From positions 1 through 51,421 of the IMG/VR virus record IMGVR_UViG_3300042994_000002: 51,421 bases of DNA. The stretch is one strand, 5' to 3'. This stretch comes from a virus. Taxonomy: Duplodnaviria; Caudoviricetes. A program made the translations under genes and the position numbers. Below are positions 1 through 8,386 of the stretch, one piece after another (the stretch's first letter is position 1; every line of letters starts with the position of its first letter). The notes under the pieces were generated by a model. That model was not told the DNA's origin and did no database searches. It saw only the letters and a program-made list of their open reading frames with translations.

Positions 1-47
<47 letters not shown>

Positions 48-104
48 CAACTCACTGACATTATTGATTTTTTGGCTCTGCAGGAAAATGTCCCATGTGC
101 CTCA

Positions 105-133
105 GTTTCCAATAATTGGAAACGGTTTCCAAT
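105..133. repeat. Putative integrase arm-type sites (3 copies of GTTTCCAAT, one inverted)
   Basis: GTTTCCAAT 105-113, ATTGGAAAC 115-123, GTTTCCAAT 125-133; the same 9-mer occurs twice near attR. Confidence 0.7.
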
Positions 134-1345
134 TCACTTTCCGTTCTTGTTCTTGAAAGCTTCCGGCTCGATCTCTTTCCAGCGCGCTTCCATGAGCTTC
201 ATGGCGTCGCGGGCAAGGCTCCGGAGCGCAACCTCGCGGCCATAGTGCTGCACCATCTGGGCCGACATATTGCAGATCGCGCCGACCTGATTTTCCGTAC
301 ACCCTACCTCCAGCAGATTGATGACGGCGTTCTTGCGCAGGCCGTGGAAAACGATGCGGTTCTCGCGGAACGGCTTGAACGCTTCGCGCTCCATCAGCTT
401 CTGCCATTCTGTCCGGAATCCGTCTGCGGTCTTGTAGTGCGTCGCCCTGGCGCCGGCGTGGAGCATGACGCTATCGTTTGCCGGTACACGGTCGATCCAT
501 TGGCGATACGCCGAGTGGATTGGGATCCAGACGGTCTTCTTCGTCTTCTGCGCCCGCACGGCGATGGTGTTCTCGCCCGCCTTCGGTTTCACCATGGCCA
601 GAACGTCGCCTTGGCGCTGGCCGGTGAAGAAAGCCGACATGGCGATCATCTGCAGGTGGAACGGTGCATGCTCGAACAGCAGCTCGAACGCCCAGTTCGG
701 CCACGGCACCCATGGCTCTGTGCCTGGGATCTTCTCGGTGTGTTCGATCGGGTTCGTGGTGCAATATCCGCGGGGGATGCCCCAGGACATCAGGCGCGAC
801 AGGAACGCTCGGAACTGGTTCGCGGTGGCTGGCGTGTCGCCGAGCCCGTCGATCATCTCCTGAGCATCTACTGTCGTCATATCTGAAGGCAGTTCATGCC
901 CCACGTGCTCGATTATCATCTTGCCGGAAGCTCGATAGCCCCGCTGTGTGGACGCGGAGAGGCTGGTCCAGTGAGGGTTGCCTTCATCCTGAAATGCTTC
1001 CACGAGCGACTTGAAGTCTCGGACACCTTCACGGCCGCGCTTCAGAAGGGCTTCGAACGCCTTCTCCGCCGCCGGCCAAAACTCGCTGTCCTTGTGGTGG
1101 GGGAGACGCTTTCCATCAAGGATGAACCCCACCTTGTCACGTTCCATAGCCTCACAGATGGCGAGGCGCGGCGTAAAGGTGGGCTCTAGCGGCTCTGGGA
1201 GAGCAATGGACGGCCAGGCGTCGGCGGTGTTCCTGAACTTCGTGTAGAATGTGTAGACGGTCACCGAGCCACGCTTGTTGCGCTTCGTGACTCGGTGAAC
1301 GTGTTTAGGCAGCGCTACCGTTCCGCTTTTCCCTGATCTTGTCAC
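134..1345 (-). CDS. int: Tyrosine recombinase (phage integrase)
   Basis: TGQRQGD (R), QKTKK (K), HGLRK (HxxR), MVQHY (Y); adjacent to att site. Confidence 0.95.
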   Translation of the reverse strand: MTRSGKSGTVALPKHVHRVTKRNKRGSVTVYTFYTKFRNTADAWPSIALPEPLEPTFTPRLAICEAMERDKVGFILDGKRLPHHKDSEFWPAAEKAFEALLKRGREGVRDFKSLVEAFQDEGNPHWTSLSASTQRGYRASGKMIIEHVGHELPSDMTTVDAQEMIDGLGDTPATANQFRAFLSRLMSWGIPRGYCTTNPIEHTEKIPGTEPWVPWPNWAFELLFEHAPFHLQMIAMSAFFTGQRQGDVLAMVKPKAGENTIAVRAQKTKKTVWIPIHSAYRQWIDRVPANDSVMLHAGARATHYKTADGFRTEWQKLMEREAFKPFRENRIVFHGLRKNAVINLLEVGCTENQVGAICNMSAQMVQHYGREVALRSLARDAMKLMEARWKEIEPEAFKNKNGK

Positions 1346-1589
1346 GGAACCTCGCTCCCATTCCTGACGAAACCTCGACGATGTGCAGGTTCATCGCTTT
1401 GTCGAGGTCGTCTCGATACCAAAACTTCCGGCGCGTGCTGTCAACGACCCTCGGGGCCGGGTAGACGCTTCCGACACGTTCGAGGAAGTCCTCGACGTGC
1501 TTCTCTCCGCAGTAGCCGGCGGCCATATCGGCGTTCATTCGTGGCGGCCAGCTTCCGGCCGGGATGACGGGTGGTCGGCGCGCGCTCAT
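1305..1589 (-). CDS. Putative excisionase / recombination directionality factor
   Basis: Small basic protein immediately upstream of and overlapping int; WPPRM..DMAAGYCG...WYRDDLD pattern typical of alphaproteobacterial Xis-like proteins. Confidence 0.7.
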   Translation of the reverse strand: MSARRPPVIPAGSWPPRMNADMAAGYCGEKHVEDFLERVGSVYPAPRVVDSTRRKFWYRDDLDKAMNLHIVEVSSGMGARFRDKIREKRNGSAA

Positions 1590-1693
1590 GTGCCCCTCCT
1601 CATGTGTGCTGGCAGCCATCCAGTGGCCTTGTGGATCTCGGAGAGACGGCGGGCCAGGTCTGCGTAATAGGTGCGGAGTTCGGCTTCGCTCAT
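1586..1693 (-). CDS. Small hypothetical protein (35 aa, MSEAELRTYY...)
   Basis: Read by hand; ATGA overlaps with both neighbours. Confidence 0.6.
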   Translation of the reverse strand: MSEAELRTYYADLARRLSEIHKATGWLPAHMRRGT

Positions 1694-1992
1694 GCCTTTG
1701 CCTCCCTGCTGCGGATGGCGGCGGCAGGCGAACACATCTTCTTCAAAATGCGGCAGCGTTCACAGTTAGGATCGACGGTGAAACGATAGGCTTGGTTGGG
1801 CTTCAGAACGACGTGCTCCTGCTCACACAGCCGCATTTCAAAGGGTTCGGCACACGCCTCCCTTTCCTCCCGCGCACCTCGGGCCTCGGCTTTTGCGAGG
1901 GCGGTGGCGATGGCGCGCTGCCTGACGATGGAGTTTTGGAGGGAGACGAGGGTTGCCGCCTCCGCGCGGTGCCGGTCTTCAACCTTCGTCAT
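1690..1992 (-). CDS. Hypothetical phage protein with CxxC motif
   Basis: ORF in the leftward operon, coupled to neighbours. Confidence 0.65.
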   Translation of the reverse strand: MTKVEDRHRAEAATLVSLQNSIVRQRAIATALAKAEARGAREEREACAEPFEMRLCEQEHVVLKPNQAYRFTVDPNCERCRILKKMCSPAAAIRSREAKA

Positions 1993-2209
1993 GGGTGGTC
2001 CTCTTGATGCTGCTAGTGCCAACGTACATCCGACCGTTTCGATATGTCGGATGGCTCACCGTGTATGTGACGGAAGGCGAAGCATCACTGGACCAGCCCC
2101 AGTTTGCCTCTATCCAAGTCACCTTGCCTATTTGGCCTCGCCCGTGGTGGTCGATGTAGGCGACAACATCGCCAATGTTGTATTCTGGTTGTGCAGGTGC
2201 CGCGCTCAT
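1979..2209 (-). CDS. Hypothetical phage protein (SH3/YorP-like, YNIGDVV)
   Basis: ORF with ATGA overlap at 2206-2209. Confidence 0.6.
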   Translation of the reverse strand: MSAAPAQPEYNIGDVVAYIDHHGRGQIGKVTWIEANWGWSSDASPSVTYTVSHPTYRNGRMYVGTSSIKRTTHDEG

Positions 2210-3093
2210 GGCTTCACCTGTTCCAAGGCGGCGCGGGCGGCTTTCCCGGCGTTGTAGCCCCGGTTGTAAGCATCGCTTCGGCAAGAGCGCATGTGCTTTG
2301 TGTGAAAGGCGTCAGACCATCCCTGAGCCTCATCGTCCTGTTCCCAATCGCTGGAGGTGCAGGTAACGCCCGGCTTCTTCGGAACGGACAGCAGCGCCTC
2401 CACCAGCACCCGCTCGCGGGCCTCGGCGGCGGTGGCGCGATCCATCAGCCATTTAACCAGCTCGCCAAGATCAGGGCTTACGTCGTCATTGCCGGGGTGA
2501 GCCTGCCGCCAAAGTTCACCGGCCTCTCTTGTGCGCTTCCATTGTTGGTCGAACAGCCGCGTCAGGCGCGCATTCTTCGCCCGCAATTGCTCCACATCAT
2601 CGGAGGGCGGGGAGGCGAGATAGGCGTCCGCCAGTTCGATAGCGATCCGGTCGAACTCACGCCGACGCTCGTCTATGGCGCGAAACTCATCGTCTATTCG
2701 CATAGAGCCTAACGGCTTTGACAGCATGATTTCGCGACGTGCGTTATAGAGCTTCACGGCGTCAAGATATGCCTGACGTGCAGCCGCAAGCGGCTTCACC
2801 GGCACGGCTGGCGAGGTCTTGCCGTGCAAGTATTCGACCATCATCGCCGCATCGAGGCAGAGACGGCGGTTGTCGCCCTCCACCGCTCGCAGACGGTCGG
2901 CGATTTCCTTGGCGTCTCCTGTCACCGGCACGGCTGGCGAGGGCGGGGAGGCGAGTGCTGTTTGCAAGATCGCGCTGACCATATCAAATGCTCGCCCCTC
3001 CAGTACGCCGTAGCTGTTCGCGATAGCCACGCACTTGTCGAACGTTTCGTGTGCCGGCTCTTGCTTCGGCTGTGCTGCTTCAAGCTTCGTCAT
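2206..3093 (-). CDS. Mosaic hypothetical protein with internal repeated linkers
   Basis: 295-aa ORF in the operon; SPPSPAVPV-type linkers repeated. Confidence 0.8.
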   Translation of the reverse strand: MTKLEAAQPKQEPAHETFDKCVAIANSYGVLEGRAFDMVSAILQTALASPPSPAVPVTGDAKEIADRLRAVEGDNRRLCLDAAMMVEYLHGKTSPAVPVKPLAAARQAYLDAVKLYNARREIMLSKPLGSMRIDDEFRAIDERRREFDRIAIELADAYLASPPSDDVEQLRAKNARLTRLFDQQWKRTREAGELWRQAHPGNDDVSPDLGELVKWLMDRATAAEARERVLVEALLSVPKKPGVTCTSSDWEQDDEAQGWSDAFHTKHMRSCRSDAYNRGYNAGKAARAALEQVKP

Positions 3094-3473
3094 CGCACAA
3101 TTTCTCCTGTCCTGCGGTCGACCACGGTCCCATCCATCCGGCGCTTGAGGTAGGGATGGCTCATAGGCGACTTCGATGTCTTGATGCCGAGGTGCTTCTT
3201 GCGGACGCTGTTGACCTTCGCGCGCACGGTGGCTTCCGTCCCAGTCTTCTGCTTATGAGCAGCCTCGGTGATGGCCTGCAGGTTGGTTTCGCGGTTCTGC
3301 CCGCCAAGCCAGAGCGGCACGATGTGATCGAACTGAGGCTTCACGCCGGGGCCGAACGGGACATCTGTCAGCGCGCATCGGTCGTTCTGGCGCCTCAGTA
3401 TGCGATTCTTCACGCTATCGGGCGGCATACTGTCGTCGGTGCGGCCGACCCACTCTTCAACCGTCCGCATCAC
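3090..3473 (-). CDS. HNH endonuclease
   Basis: FDHIVPLWLGGQNRETNLQ...H..KT HNH motif. Confidence 0.88.
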   Translation of the reverse strand: MMRTVEEWVGRTDDSMPPDSVKNRILRRQNDRCALTDVPFGPGVKPQFDHIVPLWLGGQNRETNLQAITEAAHKQKTGTEATVRAKVNSVRKKHLGIKTSKSPMSHPYLKRRMDGTVVDRRTGEIVR

Positions 3474-3586
3474 AGCGCCTCCTGCGTATCGTGCAGCATG
3501 TGCCGGCGCTTCTCGGCTCGAGCTTCCTCAGACTTGTGCCGCAGCCACCAGCGGCAGATCTCGGCAGCGATACGGTCAAGCCACAT
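3470..3586 (-). CDS. Small hypothetical protein (38 aa, MWLDRIAAEI...)
   Basis: Read by hand; GGAGG RBS; overlaps neighbours. Confidence 0.55.
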   Translation of the reverse strand: MWLDRIAAEICRWWLRHKSEEARAEKRRHMLHDTQEAL

Positions 3587-3743
3587 GGCGCACCTCCGCT
3601 TCCTTCACCAGCTTGATTTTCTTGATCTGGCCATCGGTGTAGCCGCGCCTGTGGGCGAACTCGCGAGCCTCGGCTGGTGTCTCCGCCTCGATGTCCAGCG
3701 GGTGGCGCTCGCCGTCGTAGAAGTGGATGCGGAAAGTGCTCAT
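3576..3743 (-). CDS. Small hypothetical protein (MSTFRIHFYD...)
   Basis: AGGAG RBS, ATGA overlap. Confidence 0.7.
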   Translation of the reverse strand: MSTFRIHFYDGERHPLDIEAETPAEAREFAHRRGYTDGQIKKIKLVKEAEVRHVA

Positions 3744-3952
3744 GGCGCTTGCTCCTGTGTCAGCGGGAAGTAGACGTTCGCCGTGGACATGACCGCCAAC
3801 ATGAGAGCGGCCACTATGGCGCCGGCGAGCAGCGCCAGGGCAATGGACTGGCCGCAGCCAGTGACGCGGGCGGCCTCCAGGATCTCGTAGTGCGGGACCT
3901 TGCATTCGCCCTCGGCACAGCCGCAGTGGAATTCCTTGGCGGGGCAGGTCAT
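3740..3952 (-). CDS. Small membrane protein with Cys-rich N-terminus
   Basis: MTCPAKEFHCGC...; one hydrophobic helix. Confidence 0.6.
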   Translation of the reverse strand: MTCPAKEFHCGCAEGECKVPHYEILEAARVTGCGQSIALALLAGAIVAALMLAVMSTANVYFPLTQEQAP

Positions 3953-3953
3953 G

Positions 3954-5000
3954 TCAGCCACCGAGCGCTTCGACTGTGCATTCCAGCACGTCGGCGTAGT
4001 GGTCGAGCACGATGTCGAGGTTCTTGCCATTCAAGACCGCGCGCATAGACTCAGCTATCGCTCGCGCCTTTTCCTTGTCCCCCGGAGCTAGCTTCGAAAG
4101 CTCGGTAGCCCAGCGCTTCTCAATCGCGGCCAGCGTCGACGGTGCCACGTTCGGATCTGCCGCCTTCGGCAACACGTCTTTCGCATACCGGATCAGGATG
4201 TCGCGGCCGGTGGAAGGTTCGGAGGCCGAAGCCGGGGGCGTGTCTCCGGCCTCCTGAGACGAGGATGCGGCATTGTCCTCGTCTGTCTGCTGATCTTCTT
4301 CATCGCGCTCCGCCACCGTCTCAGCGTCCGCGTCGTCGACATCGGAAAGCCAGTCGTTGCGCTCGGTGCTCTTGCTCGGCTCCTGGACATCGTCCGAAAG
4401 CGGATCGAAAGCGGGTGTGATGTTCTTCGCCCGATCCGGGCCGCGAAACTCCTCGGCCTCATCTCGGTCATACACACCTAGGATCACCTCCGGGCAATGC
4501 CGGCGGGCCCAGTTGCGGGCGCTGTAGTAGCCGAGCTGCTGCTGCGGGTCGGTCTTCCAGAGCGGCGAGTTTTTCGTGGTGATGTTGCCGACGCGCGGGC
4601 TGGTGTAGACGCACTCTTCGCCATCGAGGGTACCGGAGACGGTGCAAACCAGCTCGTCACCAGTGCCCTCGAAGTGGTATTTCAGCCGGCCTTTGATGCC
4701 AGACCTGGCATTGATGACAGCCGCAATGAGCTGCGCCTCATAGGCGAGTACGTCCTTCACCTTGTAGGACTTCTGCGCCACGCTGAACGGGTCAAAGCCC
4801 CACTTCAAGGCCTGCATGATAATCGCCCCGCAGTCAGGAGCGTTGTTGCGCAGGTAAGACGGAATGCCGGCGTTCGACTTGCACATGAAGTGCGCGAACT
4901 CGACGACATCGCTTAGCGTCTGGGGCGTTACAGCGAAGCCCCCATCGCCGCTGGTCATGGTGACATTCTTGCCGAGAGGTGCCGTTGCAATCTGGTTCAT
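3954..5000 (-). CDS. recT: RecT-family single-strand annealing protein
   Basis: DCGAIIMQALKWGFDPFSVAQK...YEAQLIAAVIN, SPLWKTDPQQQLGY, WARRHCPEVILGVY; acidic tail. Confidence 0.88.
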   Translation of the reverse strand: MNQIATAPLGKNVTMTSGDGGFAVTPQTLSDVVEFAHFMCKSNAGIPSYLRNNAPDCGAIIMQALKWGFDPFSVAQKSYKVKDVLAYEAQLIAAVINARSGIKGRLKYHFEGTGDELVCTVSGTLDGEECVYTSPRVGNITTKNSPLWKTDPQQQLGYYSARNWARRHCPEVILGVYDRDEAEEFRGPDRAKNITPAFDPLSDDVQEPSKSTERNDWLSDVDDADAETVAERDEEDQQTDEDNAASSSQEAGDTPPASASEPSTGRDILIRYAKDVLPKAADPNVAPSTLAAIEKRWATELSKLAPGDKEKARAIAESMRAVLNGKNLDIVLDHYADVLECTVEALGG

Positions 5001-5206
5001 GCTGCTGGTTCCTTGATAGGTTCGGCACGGTGAAGCTCGCCGCGCGATGTTGCGATCTCGATTGCGTGGAGGGGCCAGCCGCGCATCCATGACGCGTTCT
5101 GAGCCTTGTGATTGTGAAAGAGGGTGCCGCCGGACAGGATGATCTCGACGGCCGTCAGCGGGTCACGGATCCGCTCGCCTTTGGTCCACTTGCGCATGTC
5201 AGGCAC
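4997..5206 (-). CDS. Hypothetical protein
   Basis: Short ORF coupled between the exonuclease and RecT genes. Confidence 0.6.
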   Translation of the reverse strand: MPDMRKWTKGERIRDPLTAVEIILSGGTLFHNHKAQNASWMRGWPLHAIEIATSRGELHRAEPIKEPAA

Positions 5207-6200
5207 CGTGCATCAGGCGTTGCTGGTACCAGACCGGCAGATCGGTTTCCTGAAGCTCCTCGAGCGGCGTGGACGGCACCCAGGCGGCATCCGTGCCGAA
5301 CTCCTGCATGAAGCGGCGGTAGTTGCCGATCGCCTTGCTGATCAGCGCGCGGCCGGTCTCGAAGATCGGATTGCCGATCGAGATCTTGATGCCGTGCGAG
5401 ATCGGCGCGCCGTCCTTCTGGTAGAAGACGAAGACGAACGAATAAACCTTGTTGCTCGCCACGTTGATCAGCCAGGGTATGAACTCTGCGCCGTTAGGCC
5501 CGATCTCAGGAGCGCCGTGCACTTTCTGCTCTCGGATCAGCCGCGACATCTGCGCGCGGCCGTGCCGGTAATGCTCGGCGGAGACGATGTAGTCGTAGGA
5601 GGCGATGGCCTCTTTGCAGGCGCGGCCGAACTCCTTGCCATGCATGTTCGCGATGGACTTGAGGTCGGTGATCGCGTTCATCTTGAGGTAGTCGAACCGG
5701 CACTTGAACCGGATCTCGTCTTCCGTCCAGAACACCGACACTTCCGGATATCCGCCCTGAAAAGCGTTCGCGAGTGTCTTGTTGGCGGTGATGAAGGCGG
5801 AAGCGGCGAGGATCTTCGTCCAGTCCTTGAAGGCCACCGGCACCTTGCCAGCGTCTATGATTGCCTGCTTCTCAGCCTTGCCTTCCTTGGTAGACGCGTT
5901 CAGGTGCCGTGGCGCGTGTCCGGCCTGGAACTTGTCGGCCCCCTCCAGAACGCACTGGTGAAGCTGACGGCCGAAGATCTTCGCCGGCGTGTCGTCGTCT
6001 TCCGGCCGCGCCGGGTTGAACGAGCTTTCCCACCAGAAGTCCGGAGCATTGTCGATCAGCTTCTTGAGACCGGACGAGCCGAGAGCCGGATCGCCGTGAT
6101 AGACATCTTCCGACATGCCGAAGTAGACGCCGTCCGGAATGACCGAGGCGGAGACCTTCAGGGCCTCGATGTGCTGCGCGGTGCTGACCTTATCGAGCAT
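5199..6200 (-). CDS. RecE-like PD-(D/E)XK exonuclease (DUF3799-like)
   Basis: MSEDVYHGDPALGSSGLK, EVSVFW, KCRFD, DLKS motifs; upstream of RecT. Confidence 0.85.
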   Translation of the reverse strand: MLDKVSTAQHIEALKVSASVIPDGVYFGMSEDVYHGDPALGSSGLKKLIDNAPDFWWESSFNPARPEDDDTPAKIFGRQLHQCVLEGADKFQAGHAPRHLNASTKEGKAEKQAIIDAGKVPVAFKDWTKILAASAFITANKTLANAFQGGYPEVSVFWTEDEIRFKCRFDYLKMNAITDLKSIANMHGKEFGRACKEAIASYDYIVSAEHYRHGRAQMSRLIREQKVHGAPEIGPNGAEFIPWLINVASNKVYSFVFVFYQKDGAPISHGIKISIGNPIFETGRALISKAIGNYRRFMQEFGTDAAWVPSTPLEELQETDLPVWYQQRLMHGA

Positions 6201-6327
6201 GGTGCATGATCTCCTGGTTGATGGTGTCGATCCGCTTCTGCTGCGCCTCGGCGGCTATAAGGCCGGCGGTCATGAGAGCGGCGGTGAGGATTGCGAAGGC
6301 GAGGGTGCTGCGGAGGGTGGCGGTCAT
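6190..6327 (-). CDS. Small hypothetical membrane/secreted protein (45 aa)
   Basis: Read by hand: MTATLRSTLAFAILTAALMTAGLIAAEA... Confidence 0.55.
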   Translation of the reverse strand: MTATLRSTLAFAILTAALMTAGLIAAEAQQKRIDTINQEIMHHAR

Positions 6328-6680
6328 AAGCTGTCCCTCTGCGCCAGCATCGCGTCTGCCTGTTCATAAGCAGCCTTGGCGGAGCGCTCGTATTCGTTGG
6401 AATAGGGGCGCATCGCCTGCATCATCCCAACCAGCGCCTGACCTGCGAAGTAATCGCGGAGCGTCAGGCCCAGATCGGTCTTTGGGGTACCGGGGATTCT
6501 GTGGAGTGGCGGGTTGACCTGATTGTCTCGCACGAGGCGCAACATGCCGCCAGCAATCCCTTCCATCTCCCAGGAAATGGCGGACGCAAGGCCAAGACGC
6601 TTCTTTTCGGCTTCGAGCTCTGCCCGGATTTCGGCAAGCTTCTCCTCTTGCCAATTGAACCACGCTTCAGTTTGCATCAC
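6324..6680 (-). CDS. Hypothetical phage protein (GLTLRDYFA...AYEQADAML family)
   Basis: Widely recurring phage motif GxTLRDYFA / AYxxADAML. Confidence 0.8.
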   Translation of the reverse strand: MMQTEAWFNWQEEKLAEIRAELEAEKKRLGLASAISWEMEGIAGGMLRLVRDNQVNPPLHRIPGTPKTDLGLTLRDYFAGQALVGMMQAMRPYSNEYERSAKAAYEQADAMLAQRDSL

Positions 6681-6886
6681 GCGGCCTCCGTAACTGCCGG
6701 GGCCTCGACCTTCTCAACGCGGTAGCCGAGAGCGGCCGCTACATCGCGGAATGCCTCGTCGGCCTGCTCGTCGCCGTGGCGCGGGCGGAACGTGCCCGAC
6801 TCCTCCTCGGTCATCTTCATGAGCAAAGCCTCGGAAAGCTCGCGGGCCTCGATGAACTGGTTCAGCGTCTGGGTGTTGCGGGGCAT
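6677..6886 (-). CDS. Hypothetical protein
   Basis: Coupled ORF in the leftward operon. Confidence 0.7.
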   Translation of the reverse strand: MPRNTQTLNQFIEARELSEALLMKMTEEESGTFRPRHGDEQADEAFRDVAAALGYRVEKVEAPAVTEAA

Positions 6887-7197
6887 CAGGCGACCCTCCC
6901 CAGACGAGCGGCATAGGTGCCGTTGCCAGCGTTCGGGTTTTCCTCCAGCGCATTGCCGACGTGTTCATCCCACTCGGCCTGCAGGGCTTCGTCACCTTCG
7001 AGCTTCTGCCTCACCCATGCCTGGATATGGCCGACTAGCAGCTGATCCGGGCCGGTCTTGGTGGCCACGTCCATCTCGATCTCGTCGATCTTGAAGTGCA
7101 CGTAGCCGTCGTGATCGGGCTGGCACTCGGACAGGTGCGCGATGCCGTCAACGGCTTGCTCGCACACAGGCAGGTTGTAGGTGAATTCATACTGCAT
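6886..7197 (-). CDS. Hypothetical acidic protein
   Basis: GGAG RBS; coupled to the downstream gene. Confidence 0.7.
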   Translation of the reverse strand: MQYEFTYNLPVCEQAVDGIAHLSECQPDHDGYVHFKIDEIEMDVATKTGPDQLLVGHIQAWVRQKLEGDEALQAEWDEHVGNALEENPNAGNGTYAARLGRVA

Positions 7198-7257
7198 GGC
7201 GGTTCTCCATGATCGGTTTCGATATCCGCCGCAGTGAAGGGCGGATGCCGAAACCGG

Positions 7258-7440
7258 TCAGTCTTCGAAACCGCCGACATCCTCGACGGCGCCTTTCCAA
7301 TCGCCGAGGGGCCACTCGCGATCGAGATCCATGTGATAGAGGCAGATCGGCTCAGGAGCCTCGATGTTGCCGGCCTGCGGCTCGCGGTAAGCAACAGCCC
7401 ATCCAAGCTCTCTTGCGCGGGCTTCCCAGTTCGTTTCCAT
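7258..7440 (-). CDS. Small hypothetical protein (METNWEARAR...), first gene after PL
   Basis: GGAGG RBS 7 nt upstream. Confidence 0.6.
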   Translation of the reverse strand: METNWEARARELGWAVAYREPQAGNIEAPEPICLYHMDLDREWPLGDWKGAVEDVGGFED

Positions 7441-7535
7441 CTTCATTCCTCCGTTGAAAACGGCGGGGACGCTGTGCTCACCCCGCCTCGCCAGCGTCTT
7501 CGGCCCGAGGGCGATCTGCTTGGCTGATGGGGAGA

Positions 7536-7608
7536 AGGTATTTGGGAAATTTCCCGAAGTCAAGGGATAAATCCCGAATTTGTTTGCTTCCTCGGGAAAT
7601 GTCCCGTA
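7536..7608. promoter_or_regulatory. OL: three operators GGGA-N4-TCCC overlapping the leftward promoter PL
   Basis: GGGAAATTTCCC 7544-7555, GGGATAAATCCC 7564-7575, GGGAAATGTCCC 7594-7605; minus-strand CTTGAC (7564-7559) N17 ATACCT. Confidence 0.8.
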
Positions 7609-7618
7609 TTGGAGAGGC

Positions 7619-7942
7619 ATGCAAGATGATCGATCGAACAAGCCGTCAGCCGCCGCCTTCTACCGAACGCGGGCAAATTGGCTCGACTATCTGAATACCC
7701 TCGCCACTGTCTCCCATGCGGAATTCAGGGTCGCCTTCTTCATCGCCATGCGGATGAACGGGAAGGATCAATGCAGCTGGTGGGAGGTGAAGGAAATCGC
7801 CAAACAGATCGGCTGCAGCACAAACACCGTCAGCGATGCGACGATGAAGTTGGAGCAGCTCGGGCTGATGATCGTGCTTCGGGCAAAGCGTGGCGGCAAC
7901 CGGTATTACATCCGCATGCCGTACCATCTAGAGACGCACTGA
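7619..7942 (+). CDS. Small winged-HTH protein resembling the N-terminal domain of phage replication initiators
   Basis: SHAEFRVAFFIA...SWWEVKEIAKQIGCSTNTVSDATMKLEQLGLM...GGNRY pattern (HTH_36-like). Confidence 0.75.
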   Translation: MQDDRSNKPSAAAFYRTRANWLDYLNTLATVSHAEFRVAFFIAMRMNGKDQCSWWEVKEIAKQIGCSTNTVSDATMKLEQLGLMIVLRAKRGGNRYYIRMPYHLETH

Positions 7943-7972
7943 GTGCGTGTCTCACAGACGCACTGAGTGCGT
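7932..7972. repeat. Two 17-bp direct repeats, each a near-perfect palindrome (iteron-like)
   Basis: AGACGCACTGAGTGCGT at 7932-7948 and 7956-7972, 24-bp period, followed by an AT-richer tract. Confidence 0.85.
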
Positions 7973-8049
7973 ACTAATAGGGAAAGGCTGAATATATAAA
8001 ACCTCTTCTTAGGGAGGATTATCCTTGAGAGGGTAGTTTAGGATACGGG

Positions 8050-8385
8050 TCAGCGGCCAAGCAAAATCCAGATAACCGCGATGTTCAAGGCGATAGAAAT
8101 CCAGGTGAGGCGCTTAGTGCGGGTCAGGTCAATGGCCATCTTCCGAAGGCGCGTCGTGTTGACAACAGCATGTGCTGCATCCTGCCTGGCATGTGCAATA
8201 AGCCGATCCCGCGTCTCCTCGTCGAGGCTGTAGCTGGTTGGCCAGGTCTTTTTCAGATAGCCGAGATCTTCATGCAGAATGAGCCGAGCAAACTCGGCAT
8301 CCATACTTTCGTCGCTCTGCTTCAAGAGCTTCTGCGTGTCTAGCGCGACCTTCCAGCTTTCGGCGAAGGTTTCCTTCTCTCGCAA
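8050..8385 (-). CDS. Hypothetical protein with C-terminal membrane anchor, downstream of cI
   Basis: Starts 1 nt after the cI stop; C-terminal hydrophobic helix. Confidence 0.65.
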   Translation of the reverse strand: MREKETFAESWKVALDTQKLLKQSDESMDAEFARLILHEDLGYLKKTWPTSYSLDEETRDRLIAHARQDAAHAVVNTTRLRKMAIDLTRTKRLTWISIALNIAVIWILLGR

Positions 8386-8386
8386 G

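Noticed and set aside
116-886. 256-aa plus-strand ORF
   Set aside because: Antisense to the integrase.
5124-6209. 361-aa plus-strand ORF
   Set aside because: Antisense to the RecE-like exonuclease.
7932-7972. Repeats considered as a mini CRISPR array
   Set aside because: Only two 17-bp units with a 7-bp spacer and no cas genes.
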